Shown here in pieces: positions 18,365 to 27,598 of a stretch of 64,000 nucleotides of DNA. Source of the stretch: Candidatus Woesearchaeota archaeon (GTDB lineage Archaea; Nanobdellota; Nanobdellia; Pacearchaeales; GW2011-AR1); the NCBI GenBank assembly GCA_964403535.1, contig CAYOFN010000001.1, forward strand, positions 2,003 to 66,002. Direction: 5' to 3'. The position numbers and the translations under genes are program-made. Position 1 is the stretch's first letter. Each line of letters opens with the position of its first letter. The notes beneath the pieces are model-generated. The model was not told where the DNA came from, did no database searches, and saw only the letters and a list, made by a program, of their open reading frames with translations.

Positions 18365-18952
18365 TTACATCTTCCTCCAATTCCAAATCACAAATACCAT
18401 TAATGCAACTAAACTTCCAGCTAAAAACCACGCCCAGACAGGAATTCCAATCAATCCAAAACTCTCTGCCCCCATACCCCCAACTGCTCCTGAATTAGTA
18501 GGAACAACCTCTGCTGCACTATCCATAAATTTTTCAGCTAAAAAATCCCCTCCTCCTCTTGCTGTTGTAAAAATCTTAATTAAAACTGCCCCAATTCCTG
18601 AGACAATCACTCCAGGAATTATTTTTTTTAATTTTCCACTAACACCTGAATAAGATTTTGGAGAGATAATTATATGTTTGTTTGCAAGTTTGTATAAATC
18701 TATTTTCCTGCCTTTTCTGCTCCAGAAAAAGTTCTTAGCTTTTTCAATCAATCCTGCTGCAAGTAACTTCTTAAGATTATACTCAACAGTGTTAATCGGC
18801 ATCTTTAATGCATCAGACATATCTTTCTCACTTACTTCTTTATTCTCACTTAAAAAATCAATAATCTTTTTACAGGTTTTATTTCCTAATACCTCTGAGA
18901 TTTGTTTAATTCTTTCATCTTCAAATGAAACCATGAGGTACTTAGTTCCCAT
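18365..18952 (-). CDS. HTH (ArsR-like winged helix) regulator fused to C-terminal membrane segment
   Basis: N-terminal wHTH (KKIIDFLSENKEVSEKDMSDALKMPINTVEYNLKKLLAAGLIEK) and a hydrophobic C-terminal half. Confidence 0.5.
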   Translation of the reverse strand: MGTKYLMVSFEDERIKQISEVLGNKTCKKIIDFLSENKEVSEKDMSDALKMPINTVEYNLKKLLAAGLIEKAKNFFWSRKGRKIDLYKLANKHIIISPKSYSGVSGKLKKIIPGVIVSGIGAVLIKIFTTARGGGDFLAEKFMDSAAEVVPTNSGAVGGMGAESFGLIGIPVWAWFLAGSLVALMVFVIWNWRKM

Positions 18953-19023
18953 GTTCTACCTAGAAAAAATATCTTTTTAAACCCCTCGATAACTTCAATG
19001 ACGATTGAAGTCATATAAACTTA

Positions 19024-19392
19024 TTAGGAATAAAATTCTTTCTCACTCACCCTGACTGTCTGATTTGGGAAATTCCTGGCTAGATAATCTTCTTCAGATA
19101 CTACTGCTCCAAATAAAGGATCCCAAACTGTTCCCCCACCTATACAAATCCAGTGATGCCAGAATTCTGCTTCAGGAATCATCGGATATAGCTTGGCTCC
19201 ATCTCCAGAAATAAGTTTTTTTAATTCTACTATCCAACTAGGATGTGTTCTTTTAATAATTGAAGCCATTCTTCTTGCCCGATAATAGCAACCATTTTCA
19301 ACTACTTCTGCTTCTAGATTAAGAGTTTTAAATCTTTTAATTATTGCCCGTTCTATCATTTTCTTTCTAAGAATCAGCTCTTTTTCACCCAT
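19024..19392 (-). CDS. hypothetical protein
   Basis: 122 aa; overlaps the trxB 3' end by 19 nt on the same strand. Confidence 0.3.
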   Translation of the reverse strand: MGEKELILRKKMIERAIIKRFKTLNLEAEVVENGCYYRARRMASIIKRTHPSWIVELKKLISGDGAKLYPMIPEAEFWHHWICIGGGTVWDPLFGAVVSEEDYLARNFPNQTVRVSEKEFYS

Positions 19393-20297
19393 GCAGAAGC
19401 AGACTTTGCAGCAACTGCTCCCTGGCTTGCAGCAACAACTACTTGTTTTAAAGAAGAATGAGTAACATCCCCTGCAGCAAAAACTCCGTCTACACTTGTT
19501 TTCATTTCACTATCAACAATTATCTGCCCGTCTTTGTCTAATTCTAGATCTAAGTCTTTAATAAACTCAATCAATGCAATAGCCCCAATCTCAATAAAAA
19601 CTCCGTCTATATTAAATTCTTTTTCCTTTTCATTTTGTCTGACTACTAATCCTTCAACCTTACTCTCTCCTTTTATTCTAAGAGGAACTGCTTCATATAC
19701 AATCTCAACATTTTCTTTTTTTTCAAGCCTTTTGCTTGTAATCTCCTCGCATCTAAGTTTTTTACCCCTGTAAAATACATAGACTTTTTTAGCTAAATCT
19801 GAAAGAGCTAGAGCAGAGATAGCTGCACAGTCACTCCCTCCAACAACGCCAACTGTTTTATTTTTAAAAAAGAAAGCATCACAAGTAACACAGTAACTTA
19901 CTCCCTTACCAGTCAGTTCTTTTTCACCAGGAACATTTAATTTTCTTCTTTTTGTTCCACTTGCGATTATTACACTTTTCGAATAAATTTTTTGTTTTTT
20001 TGTTTCAATACAAAACCCTTCCTTTTCTTTCTTTATTTTTTCAACATCCTGCATAATAAAATCAATTTTATACTCCTTTAATTGCTCATAGAACTTTTTC
20101 ATTAATTCTGCTCCTGTTCCAGAAAATCCTGGCCAATTTTCAAGTAAGAGAATGCTATTAGTAGTTCCGCCAATATCTTTGCTGATTATTACTGTTTTTA
20201 ATCCATCTCTTGCTGCATATAATCCTGCACTCATCCCAGCAGGTCCTGCCCCAATAATCACAACATCATAATTCTTTGTCATTTTTATAAACAGCAT
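19374..20297 (-). CDS. trxB: thioredoxin-disulfide reductase
   Basis: FAD motif VVIIGAGPAGMSAG, redox-active CVTC, and NAD(P)H GxGxxA motif (VGVVGGSDCAA). Confidence 0.85.
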   Translation of the reverse strand: MLFIKMTKNYDVVIIGAGPAGMSAGLYAARDGLKTVIISKDIGGTTNSILLLENWPGFSGTGAELMKKFYEQLKEYKIDFIMQDVEKIKKEKEGFCIETKKQKIYSKSVIIASGTKRRKLNVPGEKELTGKGVSYCVTCDAFFFKNKTVGVVGGSDCAAISALALSDLAKKVYVFYRGKKLRCEEITSKRLEKKENVEIVYEAVPLRIKGESKVEGLVVRQNEKEKEFNIDGVFIEIGAIALIEFIKDLDLELDKDGQIIVDSEMKTSVDGVFAAGDVTHSSLKQVVVAASQGAVAAKSASAWVKKS

Positions 20298-20351
20298 CTC
20301 TTCTTTAAAAATCTTCCTTCTTTTTAGCTTAATCTTCTGATTTAATACAGC

Positions 20352-20993
20352 CTATTTCAATACGTCTTTAATCTCAGCAATATCTGAGACAATAATCTCA
20401 GGATTTTCATCTAAAATTTCTTTTCTGGAATTCCACGCACACTTACTCATAATAATAATCCCTTTACATCCAACTTTCCTTGCAACTCTTATATCTGCAG
20501 CTCTGTCTCCAATATAATAACATCTATCTTTTTTTATCCTGTTTTTTTTAAGATACTCTTTAATAAACTCTGCTTTATCATTAAAATCTTCAGCTCCATA
20601 GATTCCTTCAAAGTACTTATTTAATTTAAAATGAGTTATAATTGGAACTACAAATTCTTTTAAAGAATTTGAAACAATAATTTTTCTCTCCTTGATTTTT
20701 TTAATTTCCTCAACATCTCTGCATTTCTTAACATCTCTGATATTTTTCTTGACATTTTTCATAATCTTCATTTTTAAGATCCACAAAACAATAAAAGAAA
20801 ATCCAAATTTTTTTAAAGTCTCTTCTAAACTCAATCCAAGATTAATTATTTTATTAACCTGATTATGATTAAAACCATATTTTTTTAATTCATTATAAAT
20901 CCCAAGATAGTACAACTGCTTAGTATCTGCAATAGTTCCATCAAAATCAAAAATAAGAAAGAAACCCTTATTTATCTTTGCTCTTTTTTTCAT
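20352..20993 (-). CDS. HAD-superfamily hydrolase
   Basis: DxDGT motif I (LIFDFDGTIADT) and C-terminal GD motif (YIGDRAADI). Confidence 0.7.
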   Translation of the reverse strand: MKKRAKINKGFFLIFDFDGTIADTKQLYYLGIYNELKKYGFNHNQVNKIINLGLSLEETLKKFGFSFIVLWILKMKIMKNVKKNIRDVKKCRDVEEIKKIKERKIIVSNSLKEFVVPIITHFKLNKYFEGIYGAEDFNDKAEFIKEYLKKNRIKKDRCYYIGDRAADIRVARKVGCKGIIIMSKCAWNSRKEILDENPEIIVSDIAEIKDVLK

Positions 20994-22998
20994 CTTCTTC
21001 TAGTTTCTTAAGAAAATCACCTATGAACTTTTTATTTACATCCACATTTACAATACTCTTAATTTTAAAAACATCTTCTTTAGCATGTTTCTCTGTCTTT
21101 ATGCTGCTGATTGTTTTTTCATGAAGCTCTTTTCCAATTAAAACTTCTCCATTTGAAATCTCTGCAATTTTTCTTATACTTGTAATTGTCTTTCCAAGTC
21201 CAGTAAACTTTAATTTTCCATCTTCTATCTGGTTTATAATTTCTCCAGAATTAACTCCTATTCCAAACTCAATTCTTTCATTGAATTTTTTATTATGCTC
21301 TTCTAGTGCTTTTTGTATAGAAACTGCTGACTTTACTGCCTGCATCTCATTTTTAAAACTCTTTGTAAGCAGTGGACTGAAGATTATGAAGAAGTATTCA
21401 CCTGCTCTATACACTGCTCCTTTTAAATCATAAACCTCTCCAAAAGCTTTTTCTAAGCTTTCTTTTGAAATTTTTGCAAGTGTATTCTTAATCTTGATTC
21501 CAATCATTGAAACACTCTGTCTTTCACCTTTTAGCACCAATACATGTTCTGCTTCTTTTACTGCAGTTCCAGTCTTTATTGGTAAAAGTTTTAAAACTCT
21601 TGCTTCTTTTTTCACTTTTCCAGAATTATGTCTCTCATAATCTCTGTCTGAAATAGGATACGAAACTGCTCTTTTCTTTGAAATTCTTTGAAACATCATT
21701 AAGATAAAGACTCCCATAACAGCAATCAAAAAAAGCCAGACAATCGGATATCTTGTCCAGAGACCTAACTTTCCCTTAACATCCTCTACACTTATTACAC
21801 TCCCAGTTAATGGAACCCTCTCCTGAACTAAGGTATTTGTTCCATCACTTATTTTGATGTTATACTCTCCAGGAGGAGCTAAAAGACTAAACTTTTTTTC
21901 CTCACCAACTTTTAGTTTTAAATCCAGTATTTTAACAGAATCCCCTATTGAGATTTGCACAGCTCTTTGATAAATAATATTCCCTATATTTTTTATAACC
22001 AGAGTTTGATTATCAATCTCAAATCTTGCAAGTTCTACTTCTTCTACACTAAACAATCTTTTACTGCTTAACTCATCTTTTGTTGCAATCACCTCCCAGT
22101 ATCCAGAAAGAGGATTATCTCCCAGACTAACATTCACACTCTCCCCAACCTGCACAAGCCTTTTCCACCTCTCTGTCCCTGCACTATCTTTAATCTCCAC
22201 CATCACCTCCCCAGGAATAACTTGATTTGATTGGTCATAAAGAAAAACCTTAAATTCTAAAATATCTTTTGGAGAAATTGTCTGTTTATTTATTGCGACC
22301 TCTATTTTCTTGCCCTGTTGCATTATTTTTAAGTCTACTCTTACTTCTCCAGTATTTGTAATCTCTCCTTGCTCATCTTTCTCATATACTGTTGCAATGA
22401 GTGGATAAGTCCCTGCATTCATATTTTCAGGAATAGTAAAATTAACAGAGAATTTGCCATCTTTAACAACTCCAAGGTATTTTAAATTAGAAGTTCCAGC
22501 AGTAATTTCAACATAACCAAGCATACTCTGTCCAACTAAAAGATTATTTTTTTTAATTGCACTTCCTTTAGCAATTACACTCTCTCCGGGCTGGTATGTT
22601 CGGTCTTTTATATCAAAATTAACCTCTATCTCCCTTGATATTTCAAACCTCTGACTTTCTTTCAAATTTTTCCCATATTCTGCAGAAAAATAACACTCTC
22701 CACTTAAATTACCTATATACAAGGGTACTAGTGGCAAAGCAATATTTGTTTGTTTTTTTGTTAACAAAGAGTTATACACATTTTTATGAGTGTTCTCACA
22801 GACTAAATCTACAGAAAAATATCCTTCTGAAATGCTGCTAACCTCAGCAGTTAACTTTATTTCTTCACCAAGATTATACAAACTTTTAGGTTGGCTTAAA
22901 ATTATTTCTGCACTTACAACTGAACTCATCACAATAAGCATAACTAGTAAACCACTCCAAAAATATAAATTCCTCATTTTAATCTTTATTTTACCCAC
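20968..22998 (-). CDS. signal-peptide surface protein with single TM and cytoplasmic C-terminal domain (degenerate nucleotide-cyclase-like?)
   Basis: 676 aa with an N-terminal signal, a large extracellular region, and a TM helix (LWTRYPIVWLFLIAVMGVFILMMF). The C-terminal ~230 aa loosely resemble a class III cyclase fold (FGIGVNSGEII). Confidence 0.4.
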   Translation of the reverse strand: MGKIKIKMRNLYFWSGLLVMLIVMSSVVSAEIILSQPKSLYNLGEEIKLTAEVSSISEGYFSVDLVCENTHKNVYNSLLTKKQTNIALPLVPLYIGNLSGECYFSAEYGKNLKESQRFEISREIEVNFDIKDRTYQPGESVIAKGSAIKKNNLLVGQSMLGYVEITAGTSNLKYLGVVKDGKFSVNFTIPENMNAGTYPLIATVYEKDEQGEITNTGEVRVDLKIMQQGKKIEVAINKQTISPKDILEFKVFLYDQSNQVIPGEVMVEIKDSAGTERWKRLVQVGESVNVSLGDNPLSGYWEVIATKDELSSKRLFSVEEVELARFEIDNQTLVIKNIGNIIYQRAVQISIGDSVKILDLKLKVGEEKKFSLLAPPGEYNIKISDGTNTLVQERVPLTGSVISVEDVKGKLGLWTRYPIVWLFLIAVMGVFILMMFQRISKKRAVSYPISDRDYERHNSGKVKKEARVLKLLPIKTGTAVKEAEHVLVLKGERQSVSMIGIKIKNTLAKISKESLEKAFGEVYDLKGAVYRAGEYFFIIFSPLLTKSFKNEMQAVKSAVSIQKALEEHNKKFNERIEFGIGVNSGEIINQIEDGKLKFTGLGKTITSIRKIAEISNGEVLIGKELHEKTISSIKTEKHAKEDVFKIKSIVNVDVNKKFIGDFLKKLEEDEKKSKDK

Positions 22999-23077
22999 TT
23001 TTTAAGAAGAGGGTATATTTAAACTTTATTAAGAAGGAACGAAGCTTTTATAAATCTGTTAAGCATTTTTTAGGGAT

Positions 23078-24220
23078 ATGAAAAAAGCTGGTGTAAAAAC
23101 TAAAAAAATGGTAGTTACTCCCTGGGAAGTTGAAGGCAAGGTAGACTATGATAAATTAATAAAAGAATTTGGAGTTTCAAAAATTGACTTTGCTCTTCTT
23201 GAGAGAATTAAAAAACATACAGGAGAGTTACATCCTTTTTTAAGAAGAAAAGTTTTTTTTGCTCACAGAGATTTAAACTGGCTTTTAGATGAGTATGAAA
23301 AAGGAAATTCCTTTTTCCTTTATACAGGAAGAGCTCCATCAGGACCAGTTCATATAGGGCATCTTCTTCCGTGGATATTCTGCAAGTGGCTGCAGGATAA
23401 ATTCAATGCAGAAATGTGGTTCCAGTTTCCAGATGAAGAAAAATTCCTTTTTAAAAAAGAATTGGAGTTTAAAGATACTGAGAAGTATCTCTATGAAAAT
23501 ATGCTTGATGTTATTGCTCTTGGTTTTGACCCAAAGAAAACTCATTTTTTAATTGATACACAGCACGCAGGTTTAATGTACAAGCAAGCCTGTAGAGTAG
23601 CAAAGAAGATAACTTTCTCCACAATAAAAGCAAGTTTTGGTTTTACAAATGAAACTAATATTGGAAGTATTTTTTATACAAGCATGCAGGCTGTCCCTAC
23701 TTTCTTGCCCTCAATACTAAAAGGGAAAAATATTCCGTGTTTAATACCTCTAGGAATAGATCAGGATACTCATTTTAGAGTTTCCAGGGATGTTGTTCCA
23801 AAGTTAGGGTATTATAAGCCGGCAATAATTCATACAGTATTCCTCCCTCCGCTCTCTGGCACTAGCGGGAAAATGTCTGCATCAGATGACTCCTCAGCAA
23901 TCTACACAACAGACACTCCAAAACAGGTTGAGAAAAAAATAAAAAAATATGCTTTTTCAGGAGGACAATCAACTCTCGAGTTGCACAGAGAACATGGAGG
24001 AAATCCTGAAGTTGATGTAAGCTTCCAGTATCTTAAAATGTTTTTCGAGCCAGACGACAAGAAGCTCGAAAAAATAGAGCAAGATTATAGAAGCGGAAAA
24101 CTTCTCACAGGAGAATTAAAAGAAATCTTAATTGAAAAAATCAACAAGTTTTTGAAAGAGCATCAAAAGAAGCGCGAGTTAGCAAAATCTCAAGTTGATA
24201 AATTTATTTTTAAGGGCTAG
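23078..24220 (+). CDS. trpS: tryptophanyl-tRNA synthetase (archaeal/eukaryotic type)
   Basis: HIGH motif (PVHIGHLLPW) and KMSAS motif (GKMSASD). Confidence 0.85.
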   Translation: MKKAGVKTKKMVVTPWEVEGKVDYDKLIKEFGVSKIDFALLERIKKHTGELHPFLRRKVFFAHRDLNWLLDEYEKGNSFFLYTGRAPSGPVHIGHLLPWIFCKWLQDKFNAEMWFQFPDEEKFLFKKELEFKDTEKYLYENMLDVIALGFDPKKTHFLIDTQHAGLMYKQACRVAKKITFSTIKASFGFTNETNIGSIFYTSMQAVPTFLPSILKGKNIPCLIPLGIDQDTHFRVSRDVVPKLGYYKPAIIHTVFLPPLSGTSGKMSASDDSSAIYTTDTPKQVEKKIKKYAFSGGQSTLELHREHGGNPEVDVSFQYLKMFFEPDDKKLEKIEQDYRSGKLLTGELKEILIEKINKFLKEHQKKRELAKSQVDKFIFKG

Positions 24221-24251
24221 CCTTTTTCTAATCTCTCAATTTCTCAGAAAA

Positions 24252-24764
24252 TTATTCTAATGCAGAACTTTTTTCTTCAGTTAATTGTATTCTCGAAATT
24301 TCTATTCTTGGTGGTGGACTTGAAGATTCAGAAAGGTAATATTCTCCCTTCTCGCATACATATATTCCAATTGTAGTATAAGTTGGGGCATGTCCTCCCG
24401 AAACAGCTGAAGATTTAAAGTTGATATTTGTTACTTCATCACAGTCTGAAATTATGTTGTCACATTCCGCATTTTCAGAATTATCACATTCTTTAATTCC
24501 CTTTAAATCTTCAATGACACTCAATTTATCAAAAACTTCTTGTTCAGGAATTGGAGGACATACTCGTAATCTTTCTGAAAGATTTATCCGATCTATTCCC
24601 TCGACAGATTTACATTCTTTTAAATAACCTAAATAATTACTTAACCCCAAATCTTTTTCTTTTGATTTATCATAAGTTGTTGTTTGCTGGTTGAATATAA
24701 GAATGCTCCCAACCCCAATTAAGATTATTAAAATTACAAGTCCTCCCAATAATTTTGTTTTCAT
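24252..24764 (-). CDS. membrane-anchored/secreted hypothetical protein
   Basis: 170 aa with an N-terminal hydrophobic anchor and a Cys-rich ectodomain. Confidence 0.3.
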   Translation of the reverse strand: MKTKLLGGLVILIILIGVGSILIFNQQTTTYDKSKEKDLGLSNYLGYLKECKSVEGIDRINLSERLRVCPPIPEQEVFDKLSVIEDLKGIKECDNSENAECDNIISDCDEVTNINFKSSAVSGGHAPTYTTIGIYVCEKGEYYLSESSSPPPRIEISRIQLTEEKSSALE

Positions 24765-24826
24765 ATGTCGGATAGTCTTCTCGCACTTATAAATTTTTTT
24801 ATGTTACCCCTCTTCCTCTCAACATT

Positions 24827-25593
24827 CTAATCCCTCAACTTCTCAGAAGAAGCCTGGTTTGAAATAGCAATTCCACTCTTTTCAATACTAAAAGGATAAA
24901 CTTCAAGTGAATGTTTTACCCCCCTCATCTTTAAGATTTCTATAAACCTCTCTCTTTTCTTTTTGATTCTCGGAAAATACAAAAGAATAATTGAATCAGA
25001 CTCAAATTCAAGAGCACGTGAGGCTGATTTTTTCTCTCTAAAAGGCTCTCCTTCATAAGTAAGCAGAGAAGTGCAATCCCATTTTCTTAGCATATTAAAA
25101 AGAGCAAGTGACGCCTCTCTTCTCTTAATTGCATCATCAAATAACAATTCAAAAGAAGTAATGCTGTCAATCACAATCCTTGTTACTTTTCTTCTTAGAA
25201 CAATTGACTCAACTGTTCCCCCACCTTCCTCTAACATTGTTCTGACTTTTTCAGGAGTATACTCAAGAAACATAAATTTTCCTTCTTTTTCATATTTTTC
25301 CAAATCCCACCCAAACTCCTTCATATTTTCATAAAACTCCTTTTTCTTTTCCTCAAATGTAATATACAGACATTTTTCTCCTTTTTTTATTCCTTCGATT
25401 AAGAACTGAACAGCAAAGATACTCTTCCCACTTCCACTTCCTCAACAATCAAATTAGTAGAATCTCTCTCAAACCCTCCTTCAGAAATCTTGTCAAAATT
25501 AGAAATTCCAGAAGCAACTTTTTGCTGCTCTTTTTTATTCATTTTTCTCTCTCCAACACTTTTGGACTTGTCCTTCTCCCTTTTTTTTACCAT
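24827..25593 (-). pseudogene. KaiC/RecA-superfamily ATPase (FlaH-like) disrupted by a -1 frameshift just upstream of the Walker A motif
   Basis: ORFs 25399-25593 (..GGFERDSTNLIVEEVEVGRV*) and 24827-25324 are two halves. The alternative frame across 25380-25440 reads GSGSGKSIFAVQFLIEGIKKGEKCLYITFEE and joins in frame to MKEFGWDLE. One missing G at ~25440-25446 (gttgagg versus gttggagg) would restore LIVGGSGSGKS. Confidence 0.6.
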
Positions 25594-25794
25594 ACTTATT
25601 AAAGAAAAAATAAGTATAAAAATCTATCTTTAAATTATTACTCTCATTAAAACATTAAATCTAGATAAGCATAACTTAATTTAAATTCACTAATTGTCTA
25701 TCTCCATTAACAACCAAAATTCTCCAGTTATTAATAATAGTCTATTAACATTAATACTCCTCTCTTCATAATCTTTTCAACACTAACCTTTTTC

Positions 25795-26718
25795 TTAAGC
25801 AATTAACTCAGAGATAAAACCAGACAAGAAAAATCTTACTGCAAAAAAAGTTCCTAGTCCTAAAATCAGCAAAGGTAGAAGATATTTCATTCCTTCTTTT
25901 TCCTCTCCCTTGCTTACTAACCCAAGAACAAGCGATGCTAGAATATCCGTAGTGATAATAAAAACTATTGAAAAATATTTTATAAACCCCACAGAAACAT
26001 TTACACTTGAAAGAGTGAATGGAAGATTTACAGGAGCAGAAGTTATATTCACACTTGGAATTGAACCAATAAGCTTTGTCAAAGTTTCAACTAGGATATT
26101 TGAGAGTGAAAATAATGCAGGCGAAAAAATTGCAACAGCAAGAAAAATAAATATCACATACATAAGAACATTTGAAGCAGCTTTTTTCTCAACAAAATCC
26201 CGTTCTCTCATGCTTATAGATGTTTCCTCCAACAAAATAGCAATATCCCCCCCAGCACTCATTCCAGATTTAAGCAAAAGAATTGTTTTATAAATTTTAT
26301 CAGAACCTATTTTTTTTGACATTTCAAGCAAAGCTGACTCAGTGGTTTGTCCAGTAGCTATAGCCTTTCCAGCATTCATTATCTCTTCATCAAGCGGGGA
26401 AAACTCTTTTCTTGAACTTAATAACATTGCTTTATCAATAGTCATTCCTGCTCTTAGATTACTTGACATTAATTGCAGAAAATCAGGAAAAACATCTTCC
26501 ATCTTTTTTATTCTTGCACTCTCCTTTAGATCTTTGCTGACTTTTAGATAAACAAACCATAAAATTAAGAATACAAAAAAAGCTCCTGCAAGAACAATCC
26601 AACTCTTGTAAACAATAAAAAAGATACTGGAGACTATCAGAGAAAAAACAATCCCGATTACTGCTTGCTTGTTTTTCCTAGCTCTTTCTTCAGGTGTAAT
26701 CCTCTTTCTAGTTTTCAT
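25795..26718 (-). CDS. FlaJ/TadC-like type IV pilus assembly membrane protein (T2SS-F domain)
   Basis: 307 aa polytopic protein. It forms a pair with the upstream paralogous membrane protein, as in Epd/Tad pilus systems, and sits beside the FlaI-like ATPase. Confidence 0.55.
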   Translation of the reverse strand: MKTRKRITPEERARKNKQAVIGIVFSLIVSSIFFIVYKSWIVLAGAFFVFLILWFVYLKVSKDLKESARIKKMEDVFPDFLQLMSSNLRAGMTIDKAMLLSSRKEFSPLDEEIMNAGKAIATGQTTESALLEMSKKIGSDKIYKTILLLKSGMSAGGDIAILLEETSISMRERDFVEKKAASNVLMYVIFIFLAVAIFSPALFSLSNILVETLTKLIGSIPSVNITSAPVNLPFTLSSVNVSVGFIKYFSIVFIITTDILASLVLGLVSKGEEKEGMKYLLPLLILGLGTFFAVRFFLSGFISELIA

Positions 26719-27596
26719 AATAAACTCGGCCTCCTTGATTTTATCATTCCAAGAAACATTATCTGAACTAAAACAACAAAAACAAACAACCCAATAAAAA
26801 TTAGCTGAGTCATTGTTTTTGGAAGGTTGATCATAGAGGAGATTATTGTGAGAAAGGTTACAGAGAGAGATGGGATAATCACTGAAATCAGCATGTAAAA
26901 CATAATTAAAGGATTCAGCCTATTTCCGTAATTCTGTATTTGTATTAATTGTTCTTCATTTAGAGCCTTTATGCTGTCTTTAATCACAATAGACATATCA
27001 CTTCCTGCCCTCATTCCATTGCTAATTTGCCAGAGAGTTCTTCTGAAAAAAACAGAACTATTTCTTTCTCCAAGATTCTCCAGAACATCTTCCTGAGGTT
27101 CCCCTGCATTTATTCTCTTAACTGCTTTTTTAAACTCCCCGCTTAACTCTCCATAATCTGCTTCTGAAAGATTAGTTAAAATGCTGAACAATGGAATTCC
27201 TGAATTAAGTTGAATTAAAATATCCTCAAGTGCAGGAATAAGATCTTTTTCTATTCTTCTCTGTCTTCTTGAAGTGTATATTTTTGGATAAACCATCTGG
27301 CTAAAAAATACAAAAAAAGAAAATAAAAGAGAAACAACAAATCCATATAAATAAAATAATTTAATGCTTAACAGAGCAAGAATACTGGTTGAGATAACAA
27401 ACAGAATTAAAAAGGAAAAAATAAATGTTCTTTTGACTATCGCAATGTACTCTTCCCTTGAAATTCCAGCATCAATATTTTTAAGTGACTCAGAGAGTGC
27501 AGATTTTTTTTTGTGTTTTATTTTTCCAGCAGAGACCTTAACTTTTCTTTTTAATCTCTCAATATCTGAGAATGTGAAGGGTATGCGGAATTTCAT
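26715..27596 (-). CDS. FlaJ/TadB-like type IV pilus assembly membrane protein (T2SS-F domain)
   Basis: 293 aa polytopic protein located between the ATPase and the second membrane protein, with overlapping stop/start. Confidence 0.5.
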   Translation of the reverse strand: MKFRIPFTFSDIERLKRKVKVSAGKIKHKKKSALSESLKNIDAGISREEYIAIVKRTFIFSFLILFVISTSILALLSIKLFYLYGFVVSLLFSFFVFFSQMVYPKIYTSRRQRRIEKDLIPALEDILIQLNSGIPLFSILTNLSEADYGELSGEFKKAVKRINAGEPQEDVLENLGERNSSVFFRRTLWQISNGMRAGSDMSIVIKDSIKALNEEQLIQIQNYGNRLNPLIMFYMLISVIIPSLSVTFLTIISSMINLPKTMTQLIFIGLFVFVVLVQIMFLGMIKSRRPSLL

Positions 27597-27598
27597 AT

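Noticed and set aside
20968-21700. Adenylate/guanylate cyclase catalytic domain at the C-terminus of the 676-aa surface protein
   Set aside because: There is only a loose resemblance (FGIGVNSGEII), and the metal-binding Asp residues are absent. Kept as a low-confidence comment in the feature rather than a product call.
23339-23545. 68-aa minus ORF inside trpS
   Set aside because: Antisense to a strongly supported aaRS gene.
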